A stretch of DNA of 27,783 nt from Sandaracinaceae bacterium (GTDB lineage Bacteria > Myxococcota_A > Polyangia > Polyangiales > Sandaracinaceae), in contig JBGAQA010000088.1 in the NCBI GenBank assembly GCA_044220955.1, forward strand, positions 1 through 27,783. The letters are read 5' to 3'. Below, piece after piece: positions 18,094-26,477 of the stretch. A program made the position numbers and the translations under genes. Each line of letters starts with the position of its first letter. Position 1 is the first letter of the stretch. The notes beneath the pieces are model-generated. The model saw only the letters and a list, made by a program, of their open reading frames with translations. It did no database searches and had not been told where the DNA came from.

Positions 18094-18132
18094 TTGACGC
18101 TTCGCGTCAAAACAATTGACGCACCGCGCCTA
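18094..18132. promoter_or_regulatory. Tandem palindromic operator-like boxes TTGACGC-N3-GCGTCAA
   Basis: Perfect 7-3-7 palindrome at 18094-18110. Imperfect copy TTGACGC-ACC-GCGCCTA at 18116-18132, offset 22 bp. Confidence 0.7.
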
Positions 18133-18140
18133 GCCGGCTT

Positions 18141-18172
18141 GTATTGACGCTCATCGATACAGGTCTTAGCCT
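18141..18172 (+). promoter_or_regulatory. Sigma70-type promoter of the ars operon with overlapping candidate ArsR operator
   Basis: -35 TTGACG (18144-18149), 17-bp spacer, -10 TAGCCT (18167-18172). Imperfect palindrome GTATTGA-N6-TCGATAC (18141-18160) covers the -35. Confidence 0.75.
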
Positions 18173-18178
18173 CACTCC

Positions 18179-18559
18179 GTGACCGAGCTTCGCCCTCGCC
18201 GATCGACCGTCCTCGCCGCGAGCGGGCCGCTCGCGCCGCCGGACGCCCTGGCGGACGTCGCGAGCGTGCTGCGGACGCTGGGCGATCCCACGCGGCTCGG
18301 CATCCTCGCCATGCTCGCGCGCGAGGGCGCGCCGCTCTGCGTCTGCCACCTCGAGGCCCGCTTCGCGCTCTCGCAGTCGACGATCTCGCACCACCTGCGA
18401 GGGCTCCGCGACGCCCAGCTGGTCACGACGGAGCGGCGCGGCACCTGGGTCTACTACACGCTCGATCGCGCGCGCGTGGACGCCGTCGCGGGTCTGGGCG
18501 CGCTCCTGGCTTCGATCCCCGAGGCACCGAGCGCCGGCGCGAAGGCGTGCTGCACATGA
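18179..18559 (+). CDS. arsR: ArsR/SmtB-family As(III)-responsive repressor
   Basis: LGDPTRLGIL, LCVCHL (alpha3 Cys site), SQSTISHHL, RRGTWVYY. C-terminal KACCT. Confidence 0.93.
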   Translation: MTELRPRRSTVLAASGPLAPPDALADVASVLRTLGDPTRLGILAMLAREGAPLCVCHLEARFALSQSTISHHLRGLRDAQLVTTERRGTWVYYTLDRARVDAVAGLGALLASIPEAPSAGAKACCT

Positions 18560-19233
18560 CCTCGAGGGCGATCGCCGGCGAGGCCCTCGGGACGGCGATG
18601 CTGCTCGCGGTCGTCGTCGGCTCGGGCATCATGGGCGAGGCCCTCGCGAGCGGGAACGTCGCGATCGCGCTCCTCGCGAACTCGACGGCGACCGGCGCCG
18701 GGCTCGTCGTGCTCGTCCTCGTGTTCGCGCCGATCTCGGGCGCGCACTTCAACCCGATCGTCTCGGGGCTCGCGCTCGCGCGCGGCGAAGCGAGCGCGAG
18801 CGAGGCCGCGCTGCGCGTCGTTGCCCAGGTCGCCGGAGCGTGCGGGGGGGTGGTTCTCGCGCACGCGATGTTCGACCACGCGTTCGTGGCGATCTCGACG
18901 CACGAGCGCTCGGGCCTCGGCCAAGGGATCGGTGAGGCGGTCGCGACCTTCGGCCTGGTCGGCGTCGTCACGGTGCTGCCGCGCCGCCGGCCCGAGGCGA
19001 CCGCGCTCGGCGTCGGCGCGTACATCGCGTCGGCGTACTGGTTCACCTCGTCCACGTCGTTCGCGAACCCCGCGGTCACGCTCGCGCGCACGCTGACCGA
19101 CACGTTCACGGGGATCCGTCCCGCCGATGTGGGGACGTTCGTCGTCGCACAGCTCGCCGGAGCGGCGCTGGGCGCGCTCGTGTTCGGCTGGCTCGTCCCG
19201 AAGAGCGACGCGGCCGCCCGGGAGGCCTCGTGA
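18556..19233 (+). CDS. aqpS: MIP-family channel, AqpS-type arsenic-associated aquaglyceroporin
   Basis: [44 protein letters not shown] overlap with arsR. Confidence 0.88.
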   Translation: MTSRAIAGEALGTAMLLAVVVGSGIMGEALASGNVAIALLANSTATGAGLVVLVLVFAPISGAHFNPIVSGLALARGEASASEAALRVVAQVAGACGGVVLAHAMFDHAFVAISTHERSGLGQGIGEAVATFGLVGVVTVLPRRRPEATALGVGAYIASAYWFTSSTSFANPAVTLARTLTDTFTGIRPADVGTFVVAQLAGAALGALVFGWLVPKSDAAAREAS

Positions 19234-19709
19234 CTCGCATCGTGTTCCTCTGCGTCGCCAACTCCGCCCGCAGCCAGATGGCCGAGGGCCTCGCGCGGGC
19301 GCGCTTCGGGGAGCGCGCCGTGATCGAGAGCGCCGGGAGCGCGCCCTCGCAGGTGAATCCGTTCGCCATCGAGGTGATGCGCGAGCAGGGAATCGACCTC
19401 GGAGGCCATCGCAGCAAGTCCGTCGACGAGATCGATCCCGAGGGGGTCGGCGCCGTCGTCACGCTCTGCGCGGAGGAGGTCTGCCCGGTGCTCCTGGGAC
19501 GGGCCCCGCGCCTGCACTGGCCCATCGACGATCCAGCGAGCCGCGATCCAGCCATCGGACGGCCGCAGATGCTCGCGCGCTTCCGAGCGGCGCGCGACGC
19601 AATCGCGGCGAGGCTGGTCGAGCTCGAAGATTTCCTGCGTCCGTCGGGGGCGACCGGCGACGGATCCAGCGAGGCCTCCGCGACGGGGGCCGAGGAGAAC
19701 CCACGATGA
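19230..19709 (+). CDS. arsC: Arsenate reductase, LMW-PTPase (thioredoxin-type) family
   Basis: [15 protein letters not shown] (CX5R), [24 protein letters not shown] and GTGA overlap. Confidence 0.92.
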   Translation: MTRIVFLCVANSARSQMAEGLARARFGERAVIESAGSAPSQVNPFAIEVMREQGIDLGGHRSKSVDEIDPEGVGAVVTLCAEEVCPVLLGRAPRLHWPIDDPASRDPAIGRPQMLARFRAARDAIAARLVELEDFLRPSGATGDGSSEASATGAEENPR

Positions 19710-20521
19710 GCGAGCGAACGAGCGACGAGATCCGAGCCGAGGTACGAGCCCACTACGGCAAGGTGGCCGAAGCGCCCTACGGAGCGGGCTGTGGGCCGAG
19801 CTGCTGCGCGCCGACGAAGGGCGCGAGCGGGGCGCTGGGCTACAGCGACGCGGAGATGGCGGCGGTGCCCGAGGGCGCCGACCTCGGCCTCGGCTGCGGC
19901 AACCCGCAGGCCATCGCGAGCCTGCGCGAGGGCGAGGCGGTGCTCGATCTCGGCAGCGGCGCCGGCTTCGACTGCCTGCTGGCGGCGCGCGCCGTCGGTC
20001 CGAGCGGCAAGGTGATCGGCGTCGACATGACGCCCTCGATGCTCGAGAAGGCCCGCGCGAACGCGCGAACGGCAGGCGCCTCGCACGTGGAGTTCCGGCT
20101 CGGCGAGATCGAGCGGCTGCCGCTGCGCGACGGCGAGGTCGACGTCGTCATCTCGAACTGCGTCGTGAACCTCTCACCGGACAAGGACGCCGTGTTCCGC
20201 GAGGCCTTCCGCGTGCTGAAGCCCGGCGGTCGCGTGGCGATCTCCGACGTCGTGGCGCTCGCGCCCATCCCCGAGGCCCTGCGGACCACGCTCGCGCTCT
20301 CGGCGTGCGTGGCCGGCGCGGCGCGGGTGGACGAGGTCGAGGCGATGCTGCGGAGCGCGGGCTTCACCGACGTCGTCGTCGAGCCTGCGAGGGCGAGCCG
20401 CGAGTTCATCGCCGGCTGGATGCCCGGCTCGCGGGCCGAGGACTACGTGTCGTCGGCCTCGATCCGCGCCACGAAGCCGGGCGCGGCGAAGGCATGCTGC
20501 GGACCCTCGTGCTGCACGTGA
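19706..20521 (+). CDS. arsM: Arsenite S-adenosylmethionine methyltransferase
   Basis: [45 protein letters not shown] and ATGA overlap with arsC. It is the 3' part of ORF 19127..20521. Confidence 0.95.
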   Translation: MSERTSDEIRAEVRAHYGKVAEAPYGAGCGPSCCAPTKGASGALGYSDAEMAAVPEGADLGLGCGNPQAIASLREGEAVLDLGSGAGFDCLLAARAVGPSGKVIGVDMTPSMLEKARANARTAGASHVEFRLGEIERLPLRDGEVDVVISNCVVNLSPDKDAVFREAFRVLKPGGRVAISDVVALAPIPEALRTTLALSACVAGAARVDEVEAMLRSAGFTDVVVEPARASREFIAGWMPGSRAEDYVSSASIRATKPGAAKACCGPSCCT

Positions 20522-21072
20522 CGGACGCCTCGCCCGCGGCGTGGAGCGCGCTGCGCAGCGAGGTCCGGCGCTTCGTCGGCGTGCGCGTCGGACCGGCCGA
20601 CGTGGACGACGTCGTGCAGGAGATCCTGGTCGCGCTCGCGGGCGAGCCGGGGACGCGCGCGCAGCGAGCCGGCGCCTTCGCGCACGGCGTCGCGCGGCGC
20701 GTCGTCGCCGGGTACCACCGCCGCAGGTCGCGCGAGCACGCGCGCCTCGCGCGCCTGGCCGCGGAGCCGCGCGAGCCCGACGGCGAGCCGCTCTCCGGTG
20801 CAGAGCGCGCGCTCGCGGGCGCGCTCGCGAAGTTCCTCGACGAGGTCACTCCGATCCACGCGGAAGCGGTTCGCGCCGTGGACGTGGAGGGCAAGAAGCA
20901 GAGCGAGGTCGCGCGCGCGCTGGGCATCCCGCTCTCGACCCTGCGCACCCGCGTCCAGCGCGGTCGCGAGGAGCTGCGCGCGCTCGTGCGCCGCTGCTGC
21001 GAGATCGAGGTCGATGCGCGTGGCGGCGTGCTCGCGTGCGAGCCGCGCGCCGGCGCCTGCGGCTGCGGGTGA
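20518..21072 (+). CDS. ECF sigma factor, SigZ-like, with Cys-rich C-terminal tail
   Basis: Region 2-like [11 protein letters not shown]. Region 4 [26 protein letters not shown]. Tail [31 protein letters not shown] overlap with arsM. Confidence 0.87.
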   Translation: MTDASPAAWSALRSEVRRFVGVRVGPADVDDVVQEILVALAGEPGTRAQRAGAFAHGVARRVVAGYHRRRSREHARLARLAAEPREPDGEPLSGAERALAGALAKFLDEVTPIHAEAVRAVDVEGKKQSEVARALGIPLSTLRTRVQRGREELRALVRRCCEIEVDARGGVLACEPRAGACGCG

Positions 21073-21074
21073 GC

Positions 21075-22094
21075 TCAGGCGAAGCCGGCCCACTCCGTGC
21101 CGTCGGGCTCGGCGGCGGCCTTGCGCGCCTGCGTGCTGGCGAAGTAGGCCGGCTTGCGCGCGCGCATCACGGCGCCGAGCGGGCGGTGCTCGACCAGCGC
21201 ATGCCAGGGATCGAAGGACATCGCGTCCACCGCGGCGTCGAGGGCCTCGCGCTTGGCCGCGTCCGCGCTCGCGGGCTCGAGGGTCAGCGCCCCGAGCGTC
21301 ACCCAGGGGGAGGTCCACTCGGCGTCGGAGCGCTCGATGGGGGTCTCGGCCTCGCTCGTGAAGAACTGCGCGCGCAGCTCGTAGCCGATACCGCCCTTGC
21401 CGTGCCGCGCGTGCGCGTCCTGCCGGAGGTAGTTGCGCTCGGAGCCCGCCCGCGCGTCCGTACGGTGCGCGTGCGCGGGGACGAGCGAGAGGCGCGCGGC
21501 GTAGGGGCCGAACGCGACCGCCGCGCACGTGAAGTACGACAGGTCGAGCAGCGTGCCGCGCTTGCCCTTCACCATCCGCAGGACGCGGGTGATGAGACCG
21601 AGGGCGGCGAAGAAGCCGAGCTCGCGGATCAGCGTCTGCGGGAGCTTCTTCGGATCCCTGCCGGCGCGCACGATCGCCATGAACTCGTCGACCGTGCGGA
21701 ACGCGAGCTTGGGCACGTCGATCATCAGGAAGTCCTGCGTGCGTGCGTCGCCGAGCACCTTCTTGCCGTCGACGTCGAGGATCTTGAGGGCGAACCCACG
21801 CAGGTCGGGCTCGCGATCGTGCTGGAAGCGCCCGGCGCCGTTGGAGAAGCGCACGTACGCGCGGTACTTGCCGACCTTCGCGAAGAGGCCCTGCCGCGCG
21901 TGCTCCGGCAGGTCGGGCCTCACCTCCAGCGTCGCGCGCGTCCCCAGGTGCGCCTTCGGGTGCAGCGCGCGGTGCTTGGCCGCGCCGCCGTCACGCTCGG
22001 CCGCGATCGCGGCGAGCTCGGCGCCGATCTTCTCGAAGGCAGCCTCCTCACCCTCGGGGATGACCTCTCTCCAGTCGCGGCTCGGCGTCGTCAT
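21075..22094 (-). CDS. Short catalase-related heme protein
   Basis: Distal-His motif RALHPKAH, VRFSNG, DLRGFALK, QDFLM, FDPWH...RPLG, proximal-Tyr motif RKPAY. Start is ATG 22094 or 22106. Confidence 0.85.
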   Translation of the reverse strand: MTTPSRDWREVIPEGEEAAFEKIGAELAAIAAERDGGAAKHRALHPKAHLGTRATLEVRPDLPEHARQGLFAKVGKYRAYVRFSNGAGRFQHDREPDLRGFALKILDVDGKKVLGDARTQDFLMIDVPKLAFRTVDEFMAIVRAGRDPKKLPQTLIRELGFFAALGLITRVLRMVKGKRGTLLDLSYFTCAAVAFGPYAARLSLVPAHAHRTDARAGSERNYLRQDAHARHGKGGIGYELRAQFFTSEAETPIERSDAEWTSPWVTLGALTLEPASADAAKREALDAAVDAMSFDPWHALVEHRPLGAVMRARKPAYFASTQARKAAAEPDGTEWAGFA

Positions 22095-22172
22095 GCGACG
22101 GGGCATATCACGGCGCGCGCACATCGCTCGGTCGACGGGATCGCGCCGCGGAGGTAGATCGACCGGCAGAAC

Positions 22173-23531
22173 ATGGCGCGCAAGCTCTTCGGGACGGACG
22201 GCATTCGCGGGGTCGCCAACCAGGGGTCGATGACGCCCGAGATCGCGTTCCGGATCGGCGCGGGCATCGTCTACCAGCTCAAGAAGCGCGTCCGGCATCC
22301 GCCGCGCGTGGTGATCGGCAAGGACACGCGCCTGTCGGGGTACCTCTTCGAGACGGCGCTCGCGTCGGGCGTCTGCGCGTGGGGCGGCCGCGTGATGCTG
22401 AGCGGCCCGATGCCGACGCCGGCCATCGCGCACCTCACCACGAGCATGCGCGCCGACGCGGGCGTGGTGATCAGCGCGTCGCACAACGCGTACCCGGACA
22501 ACGGCATCAAGATCTTCGCGAGCGACGGCTTCAAGCTCCCCGACGAGGCCGAGGAGGAGCTCGAGCGGCTGATCGAGAGCAGCGCGCTCGACGTGGATCG
22601 CCCGACCGGCGGCGACGTGGGAGCGGCGGAGCGGCTCGACGACGCGGGCGGGCGCTACGTCGCGTTCGTCAAGCAGACGTTCCCGAGCGACCTGACCCTC
22701 GAGGGCCTGACCATCGTGCTCGACGCGGCGCACGGCGCGGCGTACCGCGTGGCGCCGGCCGTGCTCCGCGAGCTGGGCGCGACCGTCCACACCATCGGCG
22801 TCGCGCCGGACGGGCGGAACATCAACGCCGCGTGCGGCGCCGTGCACCCGGACGCGTGCGCGAACGAGGTGCTGAAGGTCGGGGCGAACCTCGGCATCGC
22901 GCTCGACGGCGACGCGGACCGCGTGATCGTGATCGACGAGAAGGGCCGCGAGGTCGACGGCGACGTGGTGATGGCGCTCTGCGCGAGCCGCATGCTGCGC
23001 GAGGGCAAGCTGCGCGGCGGCGCGCTCGTCGCGACGGTGATGAGCAACCTCGGCCTCGAGCGGGCGATCGAGCAGGCGGGCGGCAGGCTGGTGCGGACGG
23101 CGGTGGGCGATCGCTACGTCGTCGAGGAGATGCGCCGGAGCGGCTACAACTTCGGCGGTGAGCAGTCGGGCCACATGGTGTTCCTCGATCACGCCTCGAC
23201 GGGCGACGGCCTCGTGGCGGGCCTGCAGCTGCTCGCGGTGATGCTCCGCGCCGGGCGGCCGCTGAGCGAGCTGGCGAGCGAGGCGATGACGCGCGTGCCG
23301 CAGGTGCTGGTGAACGCGACGCTGCCGCGCCGCCGGCCGCTCGACGAGATGGAGGCCACGGGCCGCGCGATCCGCGCCGCCGAGGTCGAGCTGGGGCGCG
23401 CGGGCCGCGTGGTGGTGCGCTGGTCGGGCACCGAGCCGAAGCTGCGCGTGATGATCGAGGGCGAGAACGAGGCGCGGATCACCGTGCTGGCGAACGGGAT
23501 CGCGGCCGAAGCGAAGACCGAGCTGAGCTGA
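22173..23531 (+). CDS. glmM: Phosphoglucosamine mutase
   Basis: FGTDGIRG, GKDTRLSG, ISASHN, DGDADR, GGEQSGH, RWSGTEP. Confidence 0.97.
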   Translation: MARKLFGTDGIRGVANQGSMTPEIAFRIGAGIVYQLKKRVRHPPRVVIGKDTRLSGYLFETALASGVCAWGGRVMLSGPMPTPAIAHLTTSMRADAGVVISASHNAYPDNGIKIFASDGFKLPDEAEEELERLIESSALDVDRPTGGDVGAAERLDDAGGRYVAFVKQTFPSDLTLEGLTIVLDAAHGAAYRVAPAVLRELGATVHTIGVAPDGRNINAACGAVHPDACANEVLKVGANLGIALDGDADRVIVIDEKGREVDGDVVMALCASRMLREGKLRGGALVATVMSNLGLERAIEQAGGRLVRTAVGDRYVVEEMRRSGYNFGGEQSGHMVFLDHASTGDGLVAGLQLLAVMLRAGRPLSELASEAMTRVPQVLVNATLPRRRPLDEMEATGRAIRAAEVELGRAGRVVVRWSGTEPKLRVMIEGENEARITVLANGIAAEAKTELS

Positions 23532-23594
23532 GAGCCTGTCGCCGACGGACCCAGATACGAGATACGAGACTCATGCACGGCGTCAGGGCAGTCG

Positions 23595-23796
23595 TCACGG
23601 GGAGACGCACCAGGTGAGGGCTTGCACGGAACCGTCTCGCCAGCTCCCATCCGTCCAACACCGAATCGTCAGGACGTCGAACCCAATGGCGAACGCGGTC
23701 CCGTCGTCGGTGAACCGGAAGAGGACTGCCTCGACGTCAGCCGCGTCAGACCACGGGACGATCGCCGCCAGATCTACACGGTCGTGCTGGTCGAGT
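23595..23796 (-). pseudogene. 3' remnant (66 aa) of a gene truncated by IS66
   Basis: Open frame with coding-like codon use (LDQHDRVDLAAIVPW...WCVSP*) begins exactly at the IS left end. Confidence 0.55.
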
Positions 23797-23856
23797 GTAT
23801 GCGGTGCACGAGGACCGTTCGGGACGTCCTGATCGGCGCGCGGGATCCTCGCGGCC

Positions 23857-24153
23857 ATGGCGGATCGAGCGACGTGGGCGAAGCGGATCGACGGGTGGCG
23901 TGCGAGCGGGCTGACGGCGGGCGAGTACTCGCGCCGCGGCGGGTTCTCGGAGCGGACCCTGCGATACTGGGCGTGGCGGCTCGGGCGTGAGGCTCGCGCG
24001 TTCGTGCGCGTCGTTCGCGAGGACGTGGCGCCGACGGCACCGGCCGCGGCGATCGCGATCGAGATCGGCGGCACGCGCGTCGTCGTCCCCGCCTCCTTCG
24101 ATCGGGCGGCGCTGCGGGACGTGCTCGCGGCGCTGCGGAAGGTGAGCTCGTGA
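23857..24153 (+). CDS. tnpA: IS66 accessory protein TnpA (HTH)
   Basis: WAKRIDGWRASGLTAGEY...TLRYW and AIAIEIGG; first ORF inside the left IR. Confidence 0.88.
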   Translation: MADRATWAKRIDGWRASGLTAGEYSRRGGFSERTLRYWAWRLGREARAFVRVVREDVAPTAPAAAIAIEIGGTRVVVPASFDRAALRDVLAALRKVSS

Positions 24154-24479
24154 TCCCGCGCGGCGTCGAGATCTACCTCGGCACCGAGCCAATCGATCTG
24201 CGCTGGGGCTTCGACCGGCTGTGCGGCGTCGTGTCCGAGCGCATCGGTCGGCGGCCGCGGAGCGGCGCGATCTTCGCGTTCTTCGGTCGGCGTCGTCACG
24301 CGATGAAGGTCCTCTACTTCGACGGCACGGGGCTCTGCATCTTCTACAAGCGCCTGGACGCGGGCACGTTCCGGATGCCGCTCTCGCACGACGGCACGTC
24401 GCGCACCATCGTGCTGACCGAGCGACAGCTCGACGATCTCTTCGCCGGCCTCGACCTCGACCTCCCGACCAAGCACTGA
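24150..24479 (+). CDS. tnpB: IS66 accessory protein TnpB
   Basis: PIDLRWGFDRL, KVLYFDGTGLCIFYKRLDAGTF. GTGA overlap with tnpA. Confidence 0.95.
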   Translation: MIPRGVEIYLGTEPIDLRWGFDRLCGVVSERIGRRPRSGAIFAFFGRRRHAMKVLYFDGTGLCIFYKRLDAGTFRMPLSHDGTSRTIVLTERQLDDLFAGLDLDLPTKH

Positions 24480-24545
24480 GGCGAATCGGTCCGCAATCAC
24501 GCGCGATCCTGTGACGACGGACACACGACCCGTGAGCGCACGACC

Positions 24546-26339
24546 GTGCAGTCCGGCATCATGCTCGTGGTGCTCACGCACGCGGAGCAGGCCGAGAAGA
24601 TCCGAACGCTCGAGGCGCTGCTTGCGGCCGAGCGCGATCGCGCGCAGAGCGAGCGCGAGAAGCGCGAGGTCGCCGAGGAGCAGCGCGCGCTGGCTGAGCG
24701 CCAGCTCGAGGAGCTGCGCAAGTCGTATCGGATCCTGCAGCAGGAGCACGAGCTCCTGCGCCGCCGCATCCACGAGGCGCGCGCCGAGCGCACGGACCCG
24801 ACGCAGCTCCTGATGGAGTTCGCCGCGAAGCAGGCGGCGCTCGACGAGCTGCAGAAGAAGATCGAGGCGGCGACCGGGAGCGCGCCCGCGGCGCCGCCGG
24901 CGTCCTCGGACACGAAGCGCAAGCCGAGCGGTCGCCGCAAGCTCGAGGACGCGGCGCTTCCCGAAGAGCGCGTCGTGATCGAGGACCCAGAGATGGAGGC
25001 GCTCGTCCTGCGCGGCGAGGCTGAGGTCGTGGGCACGACCGACGACAGCTGCACGCTGAAGTACCGGCGTGGCTCGCTCGTTCGCCTCGTCACCGTGCAG
25101 AAGACGTATCGACTCAAGAAGGACGACGAGGGCAACACGACCCTCGTCACGGCCGAGGCGCCGGCCACGATCCTCCCGCGCTCGATCGGTACGCCTTCTC
25201 TCTACGCGAACATCGCGACCGAGAAGTTCGATCGCGCGATGCCGCTCTACCGCCAAGAGGAGCGCTTCGAGCAGCTCGGCACGCCGATCGAGCGCAGCGT
25301 CATGTCGCGCTGGCTCGAGCAGCTCGGCGCCACGCTCGGCGCGACGATCCTGCGCGTGATGCGCATCGAGGCGCTCGCGAAGGCGATGTGCTTGTCGACG
25401 GACGCGACTGGCATCCTCGTGCAGCAAGGCCGTGACCCCACGACCGGCGCGCGACGCGCCTGCAAGAAGGGCCACTACTTCGTTCAGATCGCGGATCGCG
25501 ACGCGGTGTTCTTCGAGTACACCGAGCGCGAGACGAGCGCCGCCGTGCTCGAGATGTTCCGCGGCTTCGCCGGCTACGTGCAGGCCGATGCGAAGAACGT
25601 GTACGACATCCTGTTTCGCCAGCCGGACGAGCCGCCCGACGAAGGCATCGCGCCCGACCCGAGCGTCCGACGCGAGGTCGGCTGCTGGTCGCACGCGCGC
25701 CGCTACTTCTTCGAGGCCGCCGCCGTCGCGAAGGAGCCCGTCGCGCGCGAGGCGCTGTTCCGCATCCGTCGGCTCTTCGAGATCGACGCGCGATGGGACA
25801 AGAACACGCCGCCCTCGAAGCGCAAGACGCTGCGCGAGCAATTCCTCGCGCCGGAGATCGATCTCTTCTTCGCCTTCGTCAGCGAGGAGCTCGTGAAGGT
25901 CGTGCACCAGCGGGGGCTGTTGCGCAGCGCGCTCGTGTACGCCGACAACCAGAAGCACGCGCTCAGACGCTTCCTCGAAGACGGCCGCCTGAAGATGGAC
26001 AACAACGCGAGCGAGAGAGCGCTCCGTCGCATCGCCGTCGGTCGCAAGAACTGGCTCTTCGTCGGCAGCGACGATCACGCCGTCTCCACCGCGAACCTAC
26101 TCTCGATGATCGCGAGCGCCAAGCTCCACGACCTCGACCCTGAGGAGTACCTCCGCGACATCTTCCGAGTGCTCCCGCACTGGCCCAGCGATCGGTACCT
26201 CGAACTCGCGCCGAAGTACTGGCGCGCGACGCGCGAGCGGCTCGACCCGAGGCAGCTCGAAGCCGAGGTCGGCCCGCTCAGCGTGCCGCCGCCGATCGCG
26301 GCGCTGGTGGCCGGCGAGCCCGCTCTCCCCGCCGCCTGA
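24546..26339 (+). CDS. tnpC: IS66 DDE transposase TnpC
   Basis: N-terminal coiled coil, MPLYRQ, STDATG, QADA, GCWSHARRYF, DNNASERALR, GRKNWLFVGS. Start is somewhere in 24546-24570. Confidence 0.96.
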   Translation: MQSGIMLVVLTHAEQAEKIRTLEALLAAERDRAQSEREKREVAEEQRALAERQLEELRKSYRILQQEHELLRRRIHEARAERTDPTQLLMEFAAKQAALDELQKKIEAATGSAPAAPPASSDTKRKPSGRRKLEDAALPEERVVIEDPEMEALVLRGEAEVVGTTDDSCTLKYRRGSLVRLVTVQKTYRLKKDDEGNTTLVTAEAPATILPRSIGTPSLYANIATEKFDRAMPLYRQEERFEQLGTPIERSVMSRWLEQLGATLGATILRVMRIEALAKAMCLSTDATGILVQQGRDPTTGARRACKKGHYFVQIADRDAVFFEYTERETSAAVLEMFRGFAGYVQADAKNVYDILFRQPDEPPDEGIAPDPSVRREVGCWSHARRYFFEAAAVAKEPVAREALFRIRRLFEIDARWDKNTPPSKRKTLREQFLAPEIDLFFAFVSEELVKVVHQRGLLRSALVYADNQKHALRRFLEDGRLKMDNNASERALRRIAVGRKNWLFVGSDDHAVSTANLLSMIASAKLHDLDPEEYLRDIFRVLPHWPSDRYLELAPKYWRATRERLDPRQLEAEVGPLSVPPPIAALVAGEPALPAA

Positions 26340-26405
26340 GGTCCGCCCCCGGCAGCGTGTCACGCCGCGGCAGGCCCCAACCGACGGTCCTCGTGCACCG
26401 CATAC

Positions 26406-26468
26406 AACACGGACCCCGAGGTCCGGTTCGCGATGGAGACTGCGGCGGGGACGCTGCTCTCCGCGTAA
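26406..26468 (+). pseudogene. Possible 3' stump (20 aa) of another gene cut by IS66
   Basis: NTDPEVRFAMETAAGTLLSA* starts at the first base after the right IR. 19 of 20 codons end in G/C, and a terminator follows. Confidence 0.45.
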
Positions 26469-26477
26469 CCCATCTCT

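Larger units (their letters stand above)
23797..26405 (+). mobile_element. IS66-family insertion sequence (2609 bp)
   Basis: Perfect 22-bp terminal inverted repeats GTATGCGGTGCACGAGGACCGT (23797-23818 and 26384-26405) enclose tnpA-tnpB-tnpC. Confidence 0.96.

Noticed and set aside
19127..19705. Apparent N-terminal extension of ArsM (464-aa ORF)
   Set aside because: Off-frame read-through of aqpS and arsC. ArsM has its own RBS and ATG at 19706.
21070..21077. Palindrome TGAGCTCA
   Set aside because: It is just two convergent stop codons 2 bp apart.
22107..23192. Apparent 705-aa catalase fusion
   Set aside because: The N-terminal half is the antisense of glmM. The catalase-like protein starts at 22094 or 22106.
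24150..24479. TnpB as an RNA-guided nuclease
   Set aside because: This is the 109-aa IS66 accessory TnpB, unrelated to the RuvC-type IS200/IS605 TnpB.
23797..26078. 827-aa - strand ORF across IS66
   Set aside because: Antisense shadow of tnpABC. Only the part outside the IS (23595-23796) looks like a real gene remnant.
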